Part shown: positions 38,116 to 51,001 of the stretch, one piece after another
Layout of the letters: every line of letters begins with the position of its first letter
How positions within the stretch are numbered: the first letter of the stretch is position 1
NCBI GenBank assembly: GCA_904063045.1
Contig: CAJFCJ010000001.1
Coordinates: 310,001 to 374,000 of the forward strand
Reading direction: 5' to 3'
DNA length: 64,000 nt
Source: Dimorphilus gyrociliatus
Taxonomy: Eukaryota > Animalia > Annelida
The notes under the pieces: generated by a model
What the model saw: only the letters and a program-made list of their open reading frames with translations
What the model was told of the DNA's origin: nothing
The model's database searches: none
Translations under genes and position numbers: made by a program

Positions 38116-41100
38116 ATGGAACAGTCTAGTCTAGTAGAGGATACAGAAGATAAGAGAAAAAAGGCACCAGATTGGGAGAGATTCGGTCTCAGTAATGAAC
38201 AACGTAAAGAGACAGAAAAAGGACAAGAAGTAGAAGGAATTTATCAAGATGATTCGCAAAGAAATGAACTTTTTAGCGAAGATCAGTCAGCTAGGAGTAA
38301 ACCATGGTGGATGTCCACATTTTTCATAACAGAACCTGTTTTATTTGGAACGTGGGATGGTGTATTTACATCATGTATGATAAATATATTTGGTGTGGTT
38401 ATCTTTTTACGAACAGGCTGGATGGTCGTAAGTATAAATAAAAGCAATTCCAATAATCTAGATTAATGAAGATGTTTTAGAATCTTTCACCTTTTATTAT
38501 CATTATTTACATTTCAGGGCAATGCTGGAATAGGCTTTTCTATGCTGATTATTCTCATGACCATTGCTGTAGCTTTAATAGCCGTTATGAGTGCTATAGG
38601 AGTATGTGAACGTTGTAGAATGGAAAGTGGCGGCGTATACTTTCTAATAAGTCATGTACTTGGTTCTCGGATAGGTGCTTCCGTCGGAATCGTCTATTGT
38701 TTTGGACAGGTTAGACTTTAAATGTCAAAATATGTTTTGCTCTTTCTAATCGATCAAATATGCTGGCTTATGTGTGAAATGTAAAGACAGCTGTTGCAAG
38801 AACAAACTACGGGATCGACACTAATTTTCATTATGATTAATCGTTTAAACGTTCACCATTTTTCTGTCGAATTTTTTTTTTATCTGTAAAACATTTTATT
38901 TATTTCATTTTGCTTTCTTCAGGCTGTCGCTTGCTCTTTATACGTTGTAGGTTTTGGAGAATCTATTGCCGCTCTATTCAATAACCACAACGAATGGGTT
39001 TCAAGAGGTATAGCCATTGGAGTAGTTTTCCTATTACTGGGTTTGTTTAATAATTTTTTCTAACCTAGTTACATAAAATTTACATATAACACTTTCCATG
39101 CAGGTATAAATGTAGCAGGAGTAAAATGGGTTATACGTCTTCAACTCCTATTGCTTACAATCCTATTCGTTGCCGTATTGGATTTTCTTGTTGGTAGTTT
39201 TGTCCATACTGATCCAGATCATGGATTTATTGGATATGATTCTTCAACGCTAGCTAACAATACCCATCCAGGTTATCTACCGGGTGAAACCTTTTTCACC
39301 GTGTTCGGTGTCTTCTTCCCAACGGCTACTGGAGTTTTTGCTGGTATTAACATGTCTGGAGATCTTAAGAATCCAGCAAGAAATATACCGATAGGCACTT
39401 TGTCTGCGGTTGGAGTGAGGTAAACACTCTAGAGATAACTTATTTTATTTGTTTTTTTTCTCGAATTAATCAAGGCTTTTATCTAATCAACAACTTAATC
39501 TTCTTAACGACAATATCTATGTTTTATTGCTTTCATTTAACCATTCCACAATGCTTAACTAACCAATATAACGCAGCTCCTTCCTTTATCTGGCTTTTTC
39601 CGTCGTTTTGGGCGCAACTTGCCTAAGAGACGTTTTACAAACGGATTATATGATTGCCGAAAAGGTTGGTTATTAGAAATAAAAATAAATACAAACACAA
39701 CTGTCTAATCATTCCAAAGTTATTATTTAAAAAAGAAACTGCATAATAAACAAGCTTTTATAGGTGGAAAGAGTGCATGATGGCTTTTATTTTGGGCTCT
39801 TTTTTTTCAAATAATCAACAGGTTTCCGTAGTTGGTGTTCTCTTCCTCTGTGGACTTTACATCTCCTCCATTTCGTCCTGTATGGGCGGTTTGTACGGAG
39901 CTCCACGGATTCTTCAATGCATAGCCACCGAGAACGTTATACCCCATCTCAAATTTCTTGGTCACGGGGTACGTGAATATGTATCGCAAAAGTAAATAAA
40001 CTTTCTTTCTTGTACTAGAGAAAGAAATGAAAATCCGATACATTTTCTGTATAGTACAGCAATTATAAAGTTGAAAATCACAAAATAAATCGGATTTACT
40101 CTATTTATATGCGATCATGTACATTTAACAATTATTTATTGCTTTACACCTTCTTTACCGCTCCCACTTCTGTGCACAATTTTCTCCTAATTTCACTTTT
40201 TATTAGACGCTTAATTCTTAACAATTTTTTTATTGTTTTTCGTATGATTTTCAAATTTTTAGCTTCATTTTTACAAAGTAAAAACAAAAACAAACAAAAA
40301 AAAGTGAAATAGACTTTTCTCAGATGATTTTTCTCTGTTGTTTTTCCCTCTCAATTGATTAAAGGTATCTGTTTTGGGCGTTATTTGGCTGTTCGGTCTC
40401 TATGTGGCATCGCTTTCCGGAGCGTCGGGAGCGTGTTCTCCCCGTGTTCTGCATGCTATTGCTGATTCAGGCGTAATTAAACCAATCGCGTTCCTGCAGC
40501 ATACAGTAAAAGTGAGTGCTTGCCTTAAGCAGATACGATTAACCTAACGTTTACTTTCTTTCATCCTCTTCCTTCGGCTTTGTTCTTTATCGTCTTCTTT
40601 ATATCATCTCTAATCATAAGATGATTATTGCTAATTTTATAAAATTAACTTTACCACAGAGAGGAGCGAATAAGGTTCCAGTATATGCTTTAGTAGTCGT
40701 CACACTCGTCACTCTCCTTTTCATCTTTATTGGAAATGTTAACACTCTTGGACCGATAGTAACCATGCCATTTATGTTGACTTACGCAGCCGTCGATTAT
40801 ACTTATTTTGCTCTTGCGATGAGTTTTGATAAGAGATCGAAACGAGAAAAGAGATATGCCGAAGGTCTCTTAGATTCTGAAGCTTCACCTGAGCATAAAT
40901 CAGCATCTGGGTATGGTTCAATCAAGAAAAAAGATGATTTAGATAATCTATTTCCGGAAAGAAGGCAGCACGAACCAGGACAACAGGTGCTGTAATGATA
41001 ATTCTCTATTACATCTTCATCTTATTGATAATCCAATTCAAACTATTTATTTTTATAGGAAGTTAAACCAACCAATGATCTAAATTCTCCAACCTTTTAC

Positions 41101-41733
41101 GAAACGGAGAAAAATCCTACTAACACTGACGATACCACAGGACTGTTGGATTCCAATGGTTTGTATTAAATGAGATAAAATTATTTAAAAATTAAATTAC
41201 TATTGGTTAAAAACTTTTAAACTAATGTAATGATAGCTCCAAGATCTGCCAATGCAGAAATTACCAGACAACCTCGATCCTTCTACTCATTCTTTTGCAA
41301 CCGTTGGTTTTCCCTCATTGGGGTAAGATTCATACCATATATTTGTTTGTATTTTGTATACAAGAATTAATAATGCCTATTTTCATTCATTTAGTGCGCT
41401 GCCTCCCTGCTTATTATGTTTAGTATTCAATGGATCTATGCTCTATGTAATATAGCTGTTGTTTCCGTTGTTTTCCTCTATATTGGTCAAACAAATCCGG
41501 GTGTCTTCCCTGGAATAGCAGAGTTTAGTCTATTTATATGGATAAGAGACGGAGTGAAAAATTGTTGTCGAAGGGGTGATGCCCCCCAAGAGCAAATGAT
41601 AATTCAATCCACCGGACCTAATTTGTGCACAAAGCCGGCTCAATTGACTGAAGATAACGAAGATTTTGCAGAAAGAGGACGATATCATCAATCAGAAGTG
41701 GTAAAACGAGAAAATTTCGATGACTACGATTAA
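38116..41733 (+). CDS. SLC12A8: Cation-chloride cotransporter family member SLC12A8-like (exons 38116-38427, 38518-38709, 38923-39040, 39104-39419, 39577-39664, 39822-39968, 40660-40986, 41059-41158, 41237-41322, 41395-41733)
   Basis: [59 protein letters not shown] and [10 protein letters not shown], with the short C-terminus typical of SLC12A8. Ten exons join in frame. Confidence 0.93.
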
Positions 41734-42689
41734 AGAAATATGTGTATTAAAGAGAAAATCTATCACATTAAACGACAAAAAAGTGTTTGTTGTCTCACAA
41801 TATATCTTAACATATGTAATTGTATGCATATATCTATATAAGAACGAATATATCTATATCAACTGTATAGATACATACATATATTTAATTAACACATATA
41901 CTGTTTAAACAGTATTTATATATCTATGTAACTTTAACTGATATTATATAAAAAATTTTTATTTGTGGGCTGACCTGTATGAAAAAATTTTCTGACCTTT
42001 TCCCTCAAGAACTTTGCTTAAACGTTGTTCTACCAGGATTTATTTGTTGTTCTTGTATTACGATTATTATTACTATTACGTATTCTGTATATATCTATGA
42101 AAAAGGTGTATACAGTATATAGGAAATTTTAATGACAAAAAAAATTAAGCAATTGAATTTATTGCAGTCACAACAAAGTATATATATAACTTTTTTCCCC
42201 GATTTTTCTGTGATGCAAAAATAAACAATTAAAAATATCATAATCAATAAGAATCTTAATCTAATTGATCATCATTAAAACGTGCTATTTTTCAGTTTTT
42301 GCAGTTGTAGGAAAATGTAAAAAAAAGATATATAACTTGCAGCCTAAAAGAGAAAAAGGATAAAAAGAATCGAGAATTGGAATATAAACTTGTATTTTGT
42401 ATCTTGATATAATTTTTTGTAAAAAGGGAACTGTCTAGAGCCGTAATGCTGCCTCGAGGGAATAAAAATACGCCGACTAGCGCCGCCAACTGCAAGAGGA
42501 TACAGACCCGATTTAGCCCAATGTATTTCTCTTGGATTCACTAAGAGCGGTGAAAAGGTACGAAGAAAAGAAGACGTCTGCTCATTATCTTTGAAAGAGC
42601 TTTGAAAAAACAGGCAGGTGGTTTTCGTCCGCCACTTTTCATTTTGTATCCGTTTAATAAAAGACATCTAATAATATAACAGTATATAT

Positions 42690-42696
42690 ATATATA

Positions 42697-42735
<39 letters not shown>

Positions 42736-42900
42736 TTTATAGAATATGTACATGTATACTCTTTATATCGTATAAATACAATAAGTAAGCATATGCTATT
42801 GTATTTATATCAATATATGCGCTGTATATATATATGTGTGTTATACATACATTTATACTATATACAGTATATATATATATATATACAGTATATAAGAATA
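42690..42900. repeat. (TA)n microsatellites upstream of the ankyrin/SOCS gene
   Basis: Direct reading. Confidence 0.85.
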
Positions 42901-43013
42901 TATATAGTTTTATGTGCCATGTCTATATTTATACATTTTTTTTTTGCTTTTATATTTACGTTTTTTATTTTAAAGCCAGACGAAGGAGACTAATAAGAAG
43001 CTCTCGTCTCTCA

Positions 43014-44566
43014 ATGAGGGTGTTTGTCGATGAAAATATACGGTTATCAGCTTTTATACATGGTTTGCATAATCGAGATGCTAGCCTAGTGAAATCTGTA
43101 ATACGATATGGATTAGATATCAATGCATCTTTGCCGAATACCTGTCAGGTATATATGCACTAAAACGTTTTAATATAAAACTTGTCTTTTCATTAACCAA
43201 TAAGCTCTAATTAGTCATAAGCATTGTGAAAATAAAGATTTATATTGATCCGTCCTTCAGAATGGCAATGGACTAAATAATTGAAACATCTAATAAAATA
43301 AACACTGTTTTATGATCATTTTAAACGTTCAACCCTTTTTTGTTTTCAAATACACTTAAATATTTCAGGAAAATTAGTAGGCCTAAAAAGATATTTTTAT
43401 AGTATCATTACCTACTGCACTTTTATCCTGTGCATGCGCGTATAGATTTTCTTTTCGTACTTTCTTCCTCGTAACCTGAAAAGTTTAACCTAAAAATTTT
43501 ACAGCTCTTGGAATAAAATAAATAGAAAAACATCACGTGACGTTGATAATCCAAAAATATATTTTATATAATCGGTTATTTTGCGTGAAAAGCAAATTTA
43601 ATTAAGAATTTCTATGGTAGAATCCTATTAAAAACAAAATGATTGTTTTTTTTATAACAGGAAACGCCCTTACAATATTCTGTTAGGAGAGCTCATTTAG
43701 AAATAGTTGAAATATTACTAGAGACAAATGAAGTTGATTTAAAGAAGAGATCAGCGTCGAATCAGTCTATTTTGGATGAATCAATAGCCGGCTGGCTGGC
43801 AGGAGGATCGGAGTGTACAAATTCTAGAAGATTTCGTATTATAAAGTAAATAAATCGAATTATTATGCACCTGTATTGCGAATAGTATAATTTCCCCAAA
43901 AATCTTACTGATTTCCCTTGCGTTTCCTCTATCAGGTGCTTATTGAAAGCTGGAACGAATCGTTTAAATGAGACTCAACTAGAAAGTTTACTCTATCCCT
44001 TAGGCCTAATTGCTAGAGGTGAAAAATTACAAAAGTTAGTAAAAGCAGCATGCCAGGACGGCTGCCAGGAAATTCGAGACAGTATACTATCTTGCGTAAT
44101 CAAGCAAAAATTACTAAAGCGCCGACCCCTGCAGCTTCTATTGGAGTATGGTGCAAAACCTGAGAACTCAATAGGAACGTTTATGAACTCTCTGATCCTA
44201 CCGACCGACAACTTAATTACAATCATTCGATCGACTAATGACCGCTTAATTCTTAAATCGATTGAAAACCGTTTGAATACGGATATAGCACGTCTAGAAC
44301 GTTATTGGAAAGAGAACAAGCTTCTTTTACAATTACTCATTGAATGTGATTGCCGTTTACATTTAATACTCTCAACCTTCCTTTACCGTCACCATTCGGA
44401 TATATATAAATTATATAAATCTAAAAGATTTAGGCCTAGAAGCTTGAAAAGCCTTTGTAGATTTGTGGTAAGAAATTACCTGCAACCGAACGTTTACTAT
44501 GGATTAAGAATATTAAGAGCTCCGCCTCGTCTACGTTATATACTGTTATTAGAAGATATTGGTTAA
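43014..44566 (+). CDS. Ankyrin repeat and SOCS box (ASB-like) protein (exons 43014-43148, 43661-43845, 43936-44566)
   Basis: Ankyrin consensus GLDINA..ETPLQYSVRRAHLEIVEILL and LLLEYGAKP. C-terminal SOCS box PRSLKSLCRFVVRNYL..APPRLRYILL. Start codon uncertain. Confidence 0.8.
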
Positions 44567-45029
44567 ATTTGAAAGAAGGCTCTATAATGAAGAGATATCT
44601 TTACTGAACTTGTCAATTAAATAAGAAAAAAAAGAAAACTATAAGCCTATGATTTAGAATGAAAGAAATATATATAAGGGAGTAAAAATTAGCAGCTAAG
44701 GTGGATTGTGGATTGTCTCAGAACTAGCAACGTCAACGAACTGTATTTTTTTTTATGTCATTTTAAATATTTTTCCTCGGTTTCCAGAGTTATTCCTAAA
44801 CAATAAAACTTTTTTAATATTTTTTTTGTCATATCTGTAGAGATTGACTGAATTTTGTTTTTTTTCGTTGGCACTGTGCGTAGAAAAGAAAAAACAAACA
44901 AACAAATAAAAAGAACAATCTTCATCAACTTCCTTCTCCGTGCTGTCCTTCTTTGTCTCTTCTCTAACATATTCTCTTTTTTATTTAAATTCTCTGCAGT
45001 ATCCGGAAACATATGTCCTATTCTGCTTA

Positions 45030-45030
45030 T

Positions 45031-45062
<32 letters not shown>
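45030..45062. repeat. (CT)n microsatellite within a roughly 400-bp pyrimidine-rich tract
   Basis: Direct reading. The tract spans about 44930-45320. Confidence 0.85.
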
Positions 45063-45066
<4 letters not shown>

Positions 45067-45438
45067 ACATTTACACTCACTCTTTCTCTCTTTCTTACTT
45101 CTTCTTTCTTGCTATCTTTTTATCTTTTGCCTCTTAATTCTTGCATCTCAATTCCCTAAATCTCTCTCCAACTCGCTAACTTTTTTCCATTCATTCATCC
45201 TTCATTCCTTCAATCTATCTCTCTTTCTCTCTCCTCGTATTTCCTCTCCTCTTTCTTCTATGTACTTTCTTTTTCTTCGTAGCTGTTTCTTACATTTAAC
45301 GGCTTCCTCTTAAGTATTTTTTTGAATTTTTTAAGATATCTGCACGCTGATTACTCCTTAAGAAATTCTCTTTTGTAGTTTTTTTTTATAAAAAGCAATT
45401 TTTTGTTTGTGTCTTTATATATCATTTTTTTAAAAGGT

Positions 45439-48400
45439 TCAATCCTTTAACAAATTTTCACCTTCTAAAACTCTTCTTTGACCCCTCGATATTATATTGA
45501 GAAGGACGAGTATCTGGTCCAATTTCTGATCCATTTTATTAACCTATATAGAAGAAAAATTCCAAAATAAGACAGATAAAGACTATTGTTATATAAGAAC
45601 GACAACTTGAAACTATTTTTTATATAGTTTCCATATAGAGAAAGTAAGAAAAAAAAATCGTCCAGACTTCTGCTAACTGTCAAATCGAGTGTCTCTATTT
45701 ATATTAGACGGTTTTAGATTTAGCGTTCGAACGGCGTTAACCAATGATTTATAAGTAGTAAAAATAGATTTGAAGTGCCATTGACCCTATTATCGTTCTG
45801 AGCACTTAGCAAGCTCTGCTATTTCTTCGTCTTTCTTTTTGTTGTATTCTTTCGATTCTAACTTATTTTATAGCTAAACAAGATGGAATTATTGTTTCTT
45901 TTTTAAATCTAATAAAAACTTGTCTGTTAATAAAAGTGAATGACAACCCTTCTTTTTTATGATCGAAATATTCGATCGAAATAAAAAGGGGCGGTAAAGT
46001 AAACTAACAGGTTCTATTGGAAAAAGACGATCGTTAATTACAATCTCATATATTACCTGGTTTTCTACTCTTGTTAATCTAGCTGCTACAGTCATCTTTT
46101 GCTTATCTTTTTCAGTACTAACAAACCATGTGCCAGGTTTACCAAGAGTTTGATCTAGCCGCCTTTGCAGTTCCTTGATACGAACCATCATGTTCAAATG
46201 CCCCTGTGAATACTGTTCTATAACGTCTCTGACGTCGTAAGGTTTTCTAGCTTGTTGAAATTTCCGCCTCGCAACAAAGTAACGAATTCTTCGAATTACT
46301 CGAATTGCAGATTTATGAGCTTCCGTTAAACTATCAAATAAATTTAAAATAACAAAATATTAATCATTTACAAGTACGAGAAATATGATATTTTATATCT
46401 ATTATGTTTTTGCTGTTTGAGTGCGTACAGTGAAGGTTTGCTGCTATGTTCGTCAATATCGAAGTCCATTTCATCCGAGGCGTCCGTTACTGGCTTCGAC
46501 GCTTCTGTGCAACATTTAAAAGTGCAGACCAGTGAAAAAATATAAAACGTTTATCTTATATCAATTAGTATCCTTATTAATAGAATATTAAACTAACAAT
46601 GTACTAAAAGCTCATTTATGTTTAGAATATTGATATTTAATATCGTTGGAATATTAAGATTAACCATGCAATAATAGCTACAAGAATTACGTGTGCTTGC
46701 ATGCTTACAGTTAATGAAAGAAAAAAAGAAGGAGTATGAAACATTAAGTGTTTTATTGCATTATCTTTTTTTCTGTGCGCCATCTGGTGGTCCCTTACTC
46801 TAGATAACCCTCCTCTTCATTATCTGTTTCAGCGTCTACTTCGGCGTCGCTAACAAAACCAAAGGCCGAAGGGAATAGAATAGAATTAAACTGAGTGCAA
46901 CCAGCAACAGGTTGCTGCGCCGTACGAAGCTTTCTGGTAACTGTAAATTTTTCGTCCAGTTTAGAGACTATTCGATATATTCCTTATAAGTCTGTTTCTT
47001 TTCTTTTTCCCGTCTTAATCAAGTGATCTCATGGGTAGGGGGAAAAAAGAAAGAGGAACAGAAAAAGTTGATAGATATAGAAAAAAAAGCAGTATGTTTT
47101 TCTTCTTTCACTACTATCTCTTATTTTTTTTACGTTTCATATGAAATGTATAAATAAGAGAAAATGAATGATTTGAAGAAACTCTTCTTAACAACAATAA
47201 TAAGAAATTAAAATAAAGAAAATTATAGAATTTCTTGTTTTTTTTAAAAAAATGGCAAAAGATGAGAGAGAGAGATAGACGGATGAAACGAAATCAGAAA
47301 TAATTAAAAACCCACCTGGAGTTGATGAAGGTGCTTCTATGTAGAGAGAGGATGATGCATCACTCTCCTTCCTATTTTCAATGTGATTGGGAACGCTTCT
47401 TGAAAAACGTCTTTTTCTCATTGTTGAAGCTCGCCTTGCGACTTTTGAGAATGCATTAAAATGATGTGATCTATCCGACAAATGAATGTGCCAAGTGGCG
47501 AAAAAATTGGAACGAGGTTCGGCCGCATAGCAACGCCAAAGGCACTGAATTAAAGTTGCCGCGGCCGGAATCTGACGGTTGAAATGCTTTTGGCGTTGCT
47601 TCTGCTGAACTTTAAGGGCAAAACCAGATCCAAGTATGCCGGCTGGTAAAGCAAAAAAAGAGATAGCGAAAACAGAGAAGCAGGAGGCAACAATTTTCCC
47701 CATCCAAGTCTGTGGTACTGTATCACCGTAACCGATTGTCGTCACTGTTATAACTCCCCACCAAAGGGCATCAGCATAGCTAGTAAAGTCAGCTCTACCA
47801 TCTTCATTTTTAGCATCCTTCTCTGCTAAATAGACGAAGTAGGAAGAAAATATTAATCCCAAGAAGCCTATATAGAGCGTAGTAATTAATTCTTGACGGT
47901 GGATGTAAACGACGGAACCCAGTAGTCGCCAAGTTCCTCCTTGCCTATCTACATGTAGCATACGAAGAATCTGGAGGAATCGAACTCCTCTAATGGCCGA
48001 TGTGGCGAATACTTGACCGTTTGAACCAACGGATAAGACGACTATGGAAGCGATAACGACTATCAAGTCGATTATTGAAATGGGTTTCCTAGCAAAACGG
48101 AAACGGCCCCGGAAACCGAGGTACTTGCTCCGACAACCCGCCGACCATAGTCTTATGAAATATTCTAGACCAAAGAAGACGATCAGCACGATTTCCATCC
48201 AGAATAACGTCTCATTCGCAAAATTCGTGTATTGGTCGATTGTCGAAAGAACGGAGAAGATGAGGCAGACTAGCACCATCATGAACCTAAAGATAAAGAT
48301 GAAAGGAAGAAAGTGAGGCAATTTTAGGAAATTTGTTTTGTTTTCACGTTGATACATTATTACTACATTTTTTCCGCGGCCATAACCCGCAAAAAAATCA

Positions 48401-48617
48401 ATACATACACCGTAAAGTGATAAATAAAACATTTCCATCCTGTCGGTCGTTCGAGAAAATTATACACCTTTCCCTGGATGCTCGTCTTTATTGGAACTTT
48501 GTGTCGGCCTCCTATATATCGGCTGTCAAACGATTTATCTAACATAGGATTCTCTGAACCTTCTCCCTGACTCCTTCGTTCCATCTCATATTCCTCTTTA
48601 CTTATTTTCCCGCTCAT
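45439..48617 (-). CDS. KCNQ1: Voltage-gated K+ channel KCNQ1/Kv7.1 (exons 48617-48409, 48286-47316, 46940-46799 or 46504-46429, 46330-46057, 45543-45439)
   Basis: [22 protein letters not shown]4 [28 protein letters not shown], filter TTIGYGD, helix [11 protein letters not shown], helices [41 protein letters not shown] and helix [13 protein letters not shown]. Confidence 0.95.
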
Positions 48618-49501
48618 AATCCTGCCGATTCCGTTAAAATTCTGCGTCCAACGCCTCTGCAACTCGACCGCATCGATTTCTGCAAGGGCGCATGCCCCTT
48701 TGCATATAATGCCATCTGCCGGTTAAAAGTGTCTAGTCTCTACGGCGGCGGTGGTAGCGGTAGCCTCGGCCAATAAGCGCTAAGGGGGTCCGAAAACGGT
48801 AAAGTTAGGCAGAAAAAAGGAAAATACTAGTATGAGAAAACCTTAACTCCCCCATTTTGGCCAACGGCCAGATATTTGTGTTTGTAAACACTTCTTCGTT
48901 GAATATTAATGAGCCATAAATTAACATAATACTAAGTACGCAAAGGCGCCTCTTACTGTTCCTTAGTAATAGAAAAATTGCGTAGATACTGAAAACATAT
49001 TTCCTTTACGTTGTTTGACCCATTCGTGCAAATGTTAATTCTTTTCTATAAATTTAATTTCATCGATGCTTTTAATGTTTTTAAAAAAATCGTTCTGACA
49101 AATAAAAGACTTGAATTGGCAATATTTCAACTTTATTCTCGGAATGAAAAAAAAACGCCAATTTTCGATAATGAATCTGTCTGGGCGTCTAGCTAACGTT
49201 TGCAAAATTTTTCAAAAAGCCACTACCTTTTTTACCACAAACTCATCAATATTCATCAACTATTAATCTGGGTATTTTCCGTACGTTCGACAGACCAGCT
49301 AACGTACCGTCTGGTTTCTATAACGCGAATAATAAAAACAAGTTTGACGAGACGACAAAAATTCTTATTTTTTTAAAGAAAAAGAACACAGCTGCCTTTA
49401 AAAAGTTTTTTTTGTTTGTTTTTACACTACACTTAATAAACTACAGTTAGCTGCCGCCGGAAGAGCGGGGAGAACACTTTTCTTCTTCTTAATGTCCAAA
49501 T

Positions 49502-50635
49502 TTAGAAGTTGTTCCATAATTTGTAGATCATGTGGGACATTCTTTCAGCTTCCGGTTCACAGAAACGACACGTTTTATTACATCGGACACCGTTCTGGTA
49601 ATATACGTATTCTTTTTCTCTCTTGCAATCGTGGCGAATTGGAGGACACTCTACACAGTCATCACCAGACTAAAAGAAGAAAGAAAAATGGCCACATTGT
49701 AAAAAAAGGAAATGTTTAAAATTTGTTGTTTTTTTTAAGGAAAAAAAAAACACTAGAAATAAAGGCCAAAGGCTTAAAAGGATTATAAGGTAGAATTTTC
49801 GGATAAAGGAAACGAAGGACAAGAAATAGATCGGAAAACAATTCCTATAGTCGTAATTGAACCAATTCTCATGATCACGTGTGTCTATTTCAGTATTAAA
49901 TTACACTTATAGTAAAAAACTATTCCAAACATTTTTTTTAAATATAGATTCCCTTTTTTTTGTTCACAGTTATTTTTAACATTTTATGACGGTTACGTAA
50001 TCATGAACTCGTTTCAAAACGACTTTAAGTTGTTATAAGTTCTCTTTTTTTGTTGTTGTTTTTGAAGAAAAAAGGGTAATGTGTTTTGTGTCAAACTTTT
50101 CTAAAAATTTCTTTGAATATTCTTAGACTAAGAGAAACTGATAGTTCTATTTACCTTCGGTACGCGTAACTCAAACTTCCTCATACTATAGATCGGTTCC
50201 AAGTCCCTACGAATATGATGTGGAAGCTGTAGGCTACTCCAAGGTCTTTGCCTTCGAGAATGACGCCTCCGTCTCCTATTTATGTGATTGTTTGGTCTGT
50301 TGCCAAAATCTTTTAAACAGTAATGGCAAGAGACACATTCCACCCCGTCGAATTTCATAACCAACTGCTCCAAGTGGTTCCTGCACCACGGGAGGTAAAG
50401 GCATTCAAATGCCGGGCAAGGAGGAGATCTGTCAGTGTTGACCATATACGTAGCTTTTTTCGAATCGACCTTGAAAAAGATTTATCATTGTTAAAATGTC
50501 ATACGATGGAAAATTATTAAAAGAAATTATAAAGTTACCGAATAAAAATGAAAAATAAACTCTATTTACCGTGAGCACGTATAAGAAGAGAACAGCTAGA
50601 GAAGAAGTTGTAATAGCGTTCAAGAGTTGCATCAT
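49502..50635 (-). CDS. Novel secreted Cys-rich precursor, 182 aa, two 6-Cys domains separated by a polybasic linker (exons 50635-50570, 50469-50155, 49669-49502)
   Basis: Signal peptide MMQLLNAITTSSLAVLFLYVLT-VDS. Both introns are phase 0 with GTAAAT donors and pyrimidine-rich acceptors. Exon lengths 66, 315 and 168 are all multiples of 3. A minus-strand AATAAA lies at 49137-49132. Confidence 0.8.
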
Positions 50636-51001
50636 TCTCTACTATGCTGTACAAGCTTGTTGTCTGTAGTAACACGCAGCGCACAACTCGCCTTTTTAAA
50701 CTGTTCATTCATTTGCCGATTTTTCGTAAACATCAGCTCATTGGCTGATAAATCATTAATATTCATATGCCCTTCTCCTATGCTTCCTCCATTCATATTT
50801 TTTAAGTCTAAAAAAGCTCAGTGCAACCACAGATGGCGCCAGCTAATGTCCAATAGAGATTTTTTACTTCTGTATTTTTCTGCTCGACGCATAGGCCTAT
50901 GAAATGATACTCATATTCACAATTGCTCATATCGATCCTTAGATCGCCGTTGCTATTGACACAAAAACGGTAAAGGCAGCGGGAAAACTTATTTCGCGGT
51001 A

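Noticed and set aside
45790-45861. Possible alternative last exon of KCNQ1 ([23 protein letters not shown])
   Set aside because: The acceptor is weak and purine-rich; the exon at 45543-45439 gives a proper helix D.
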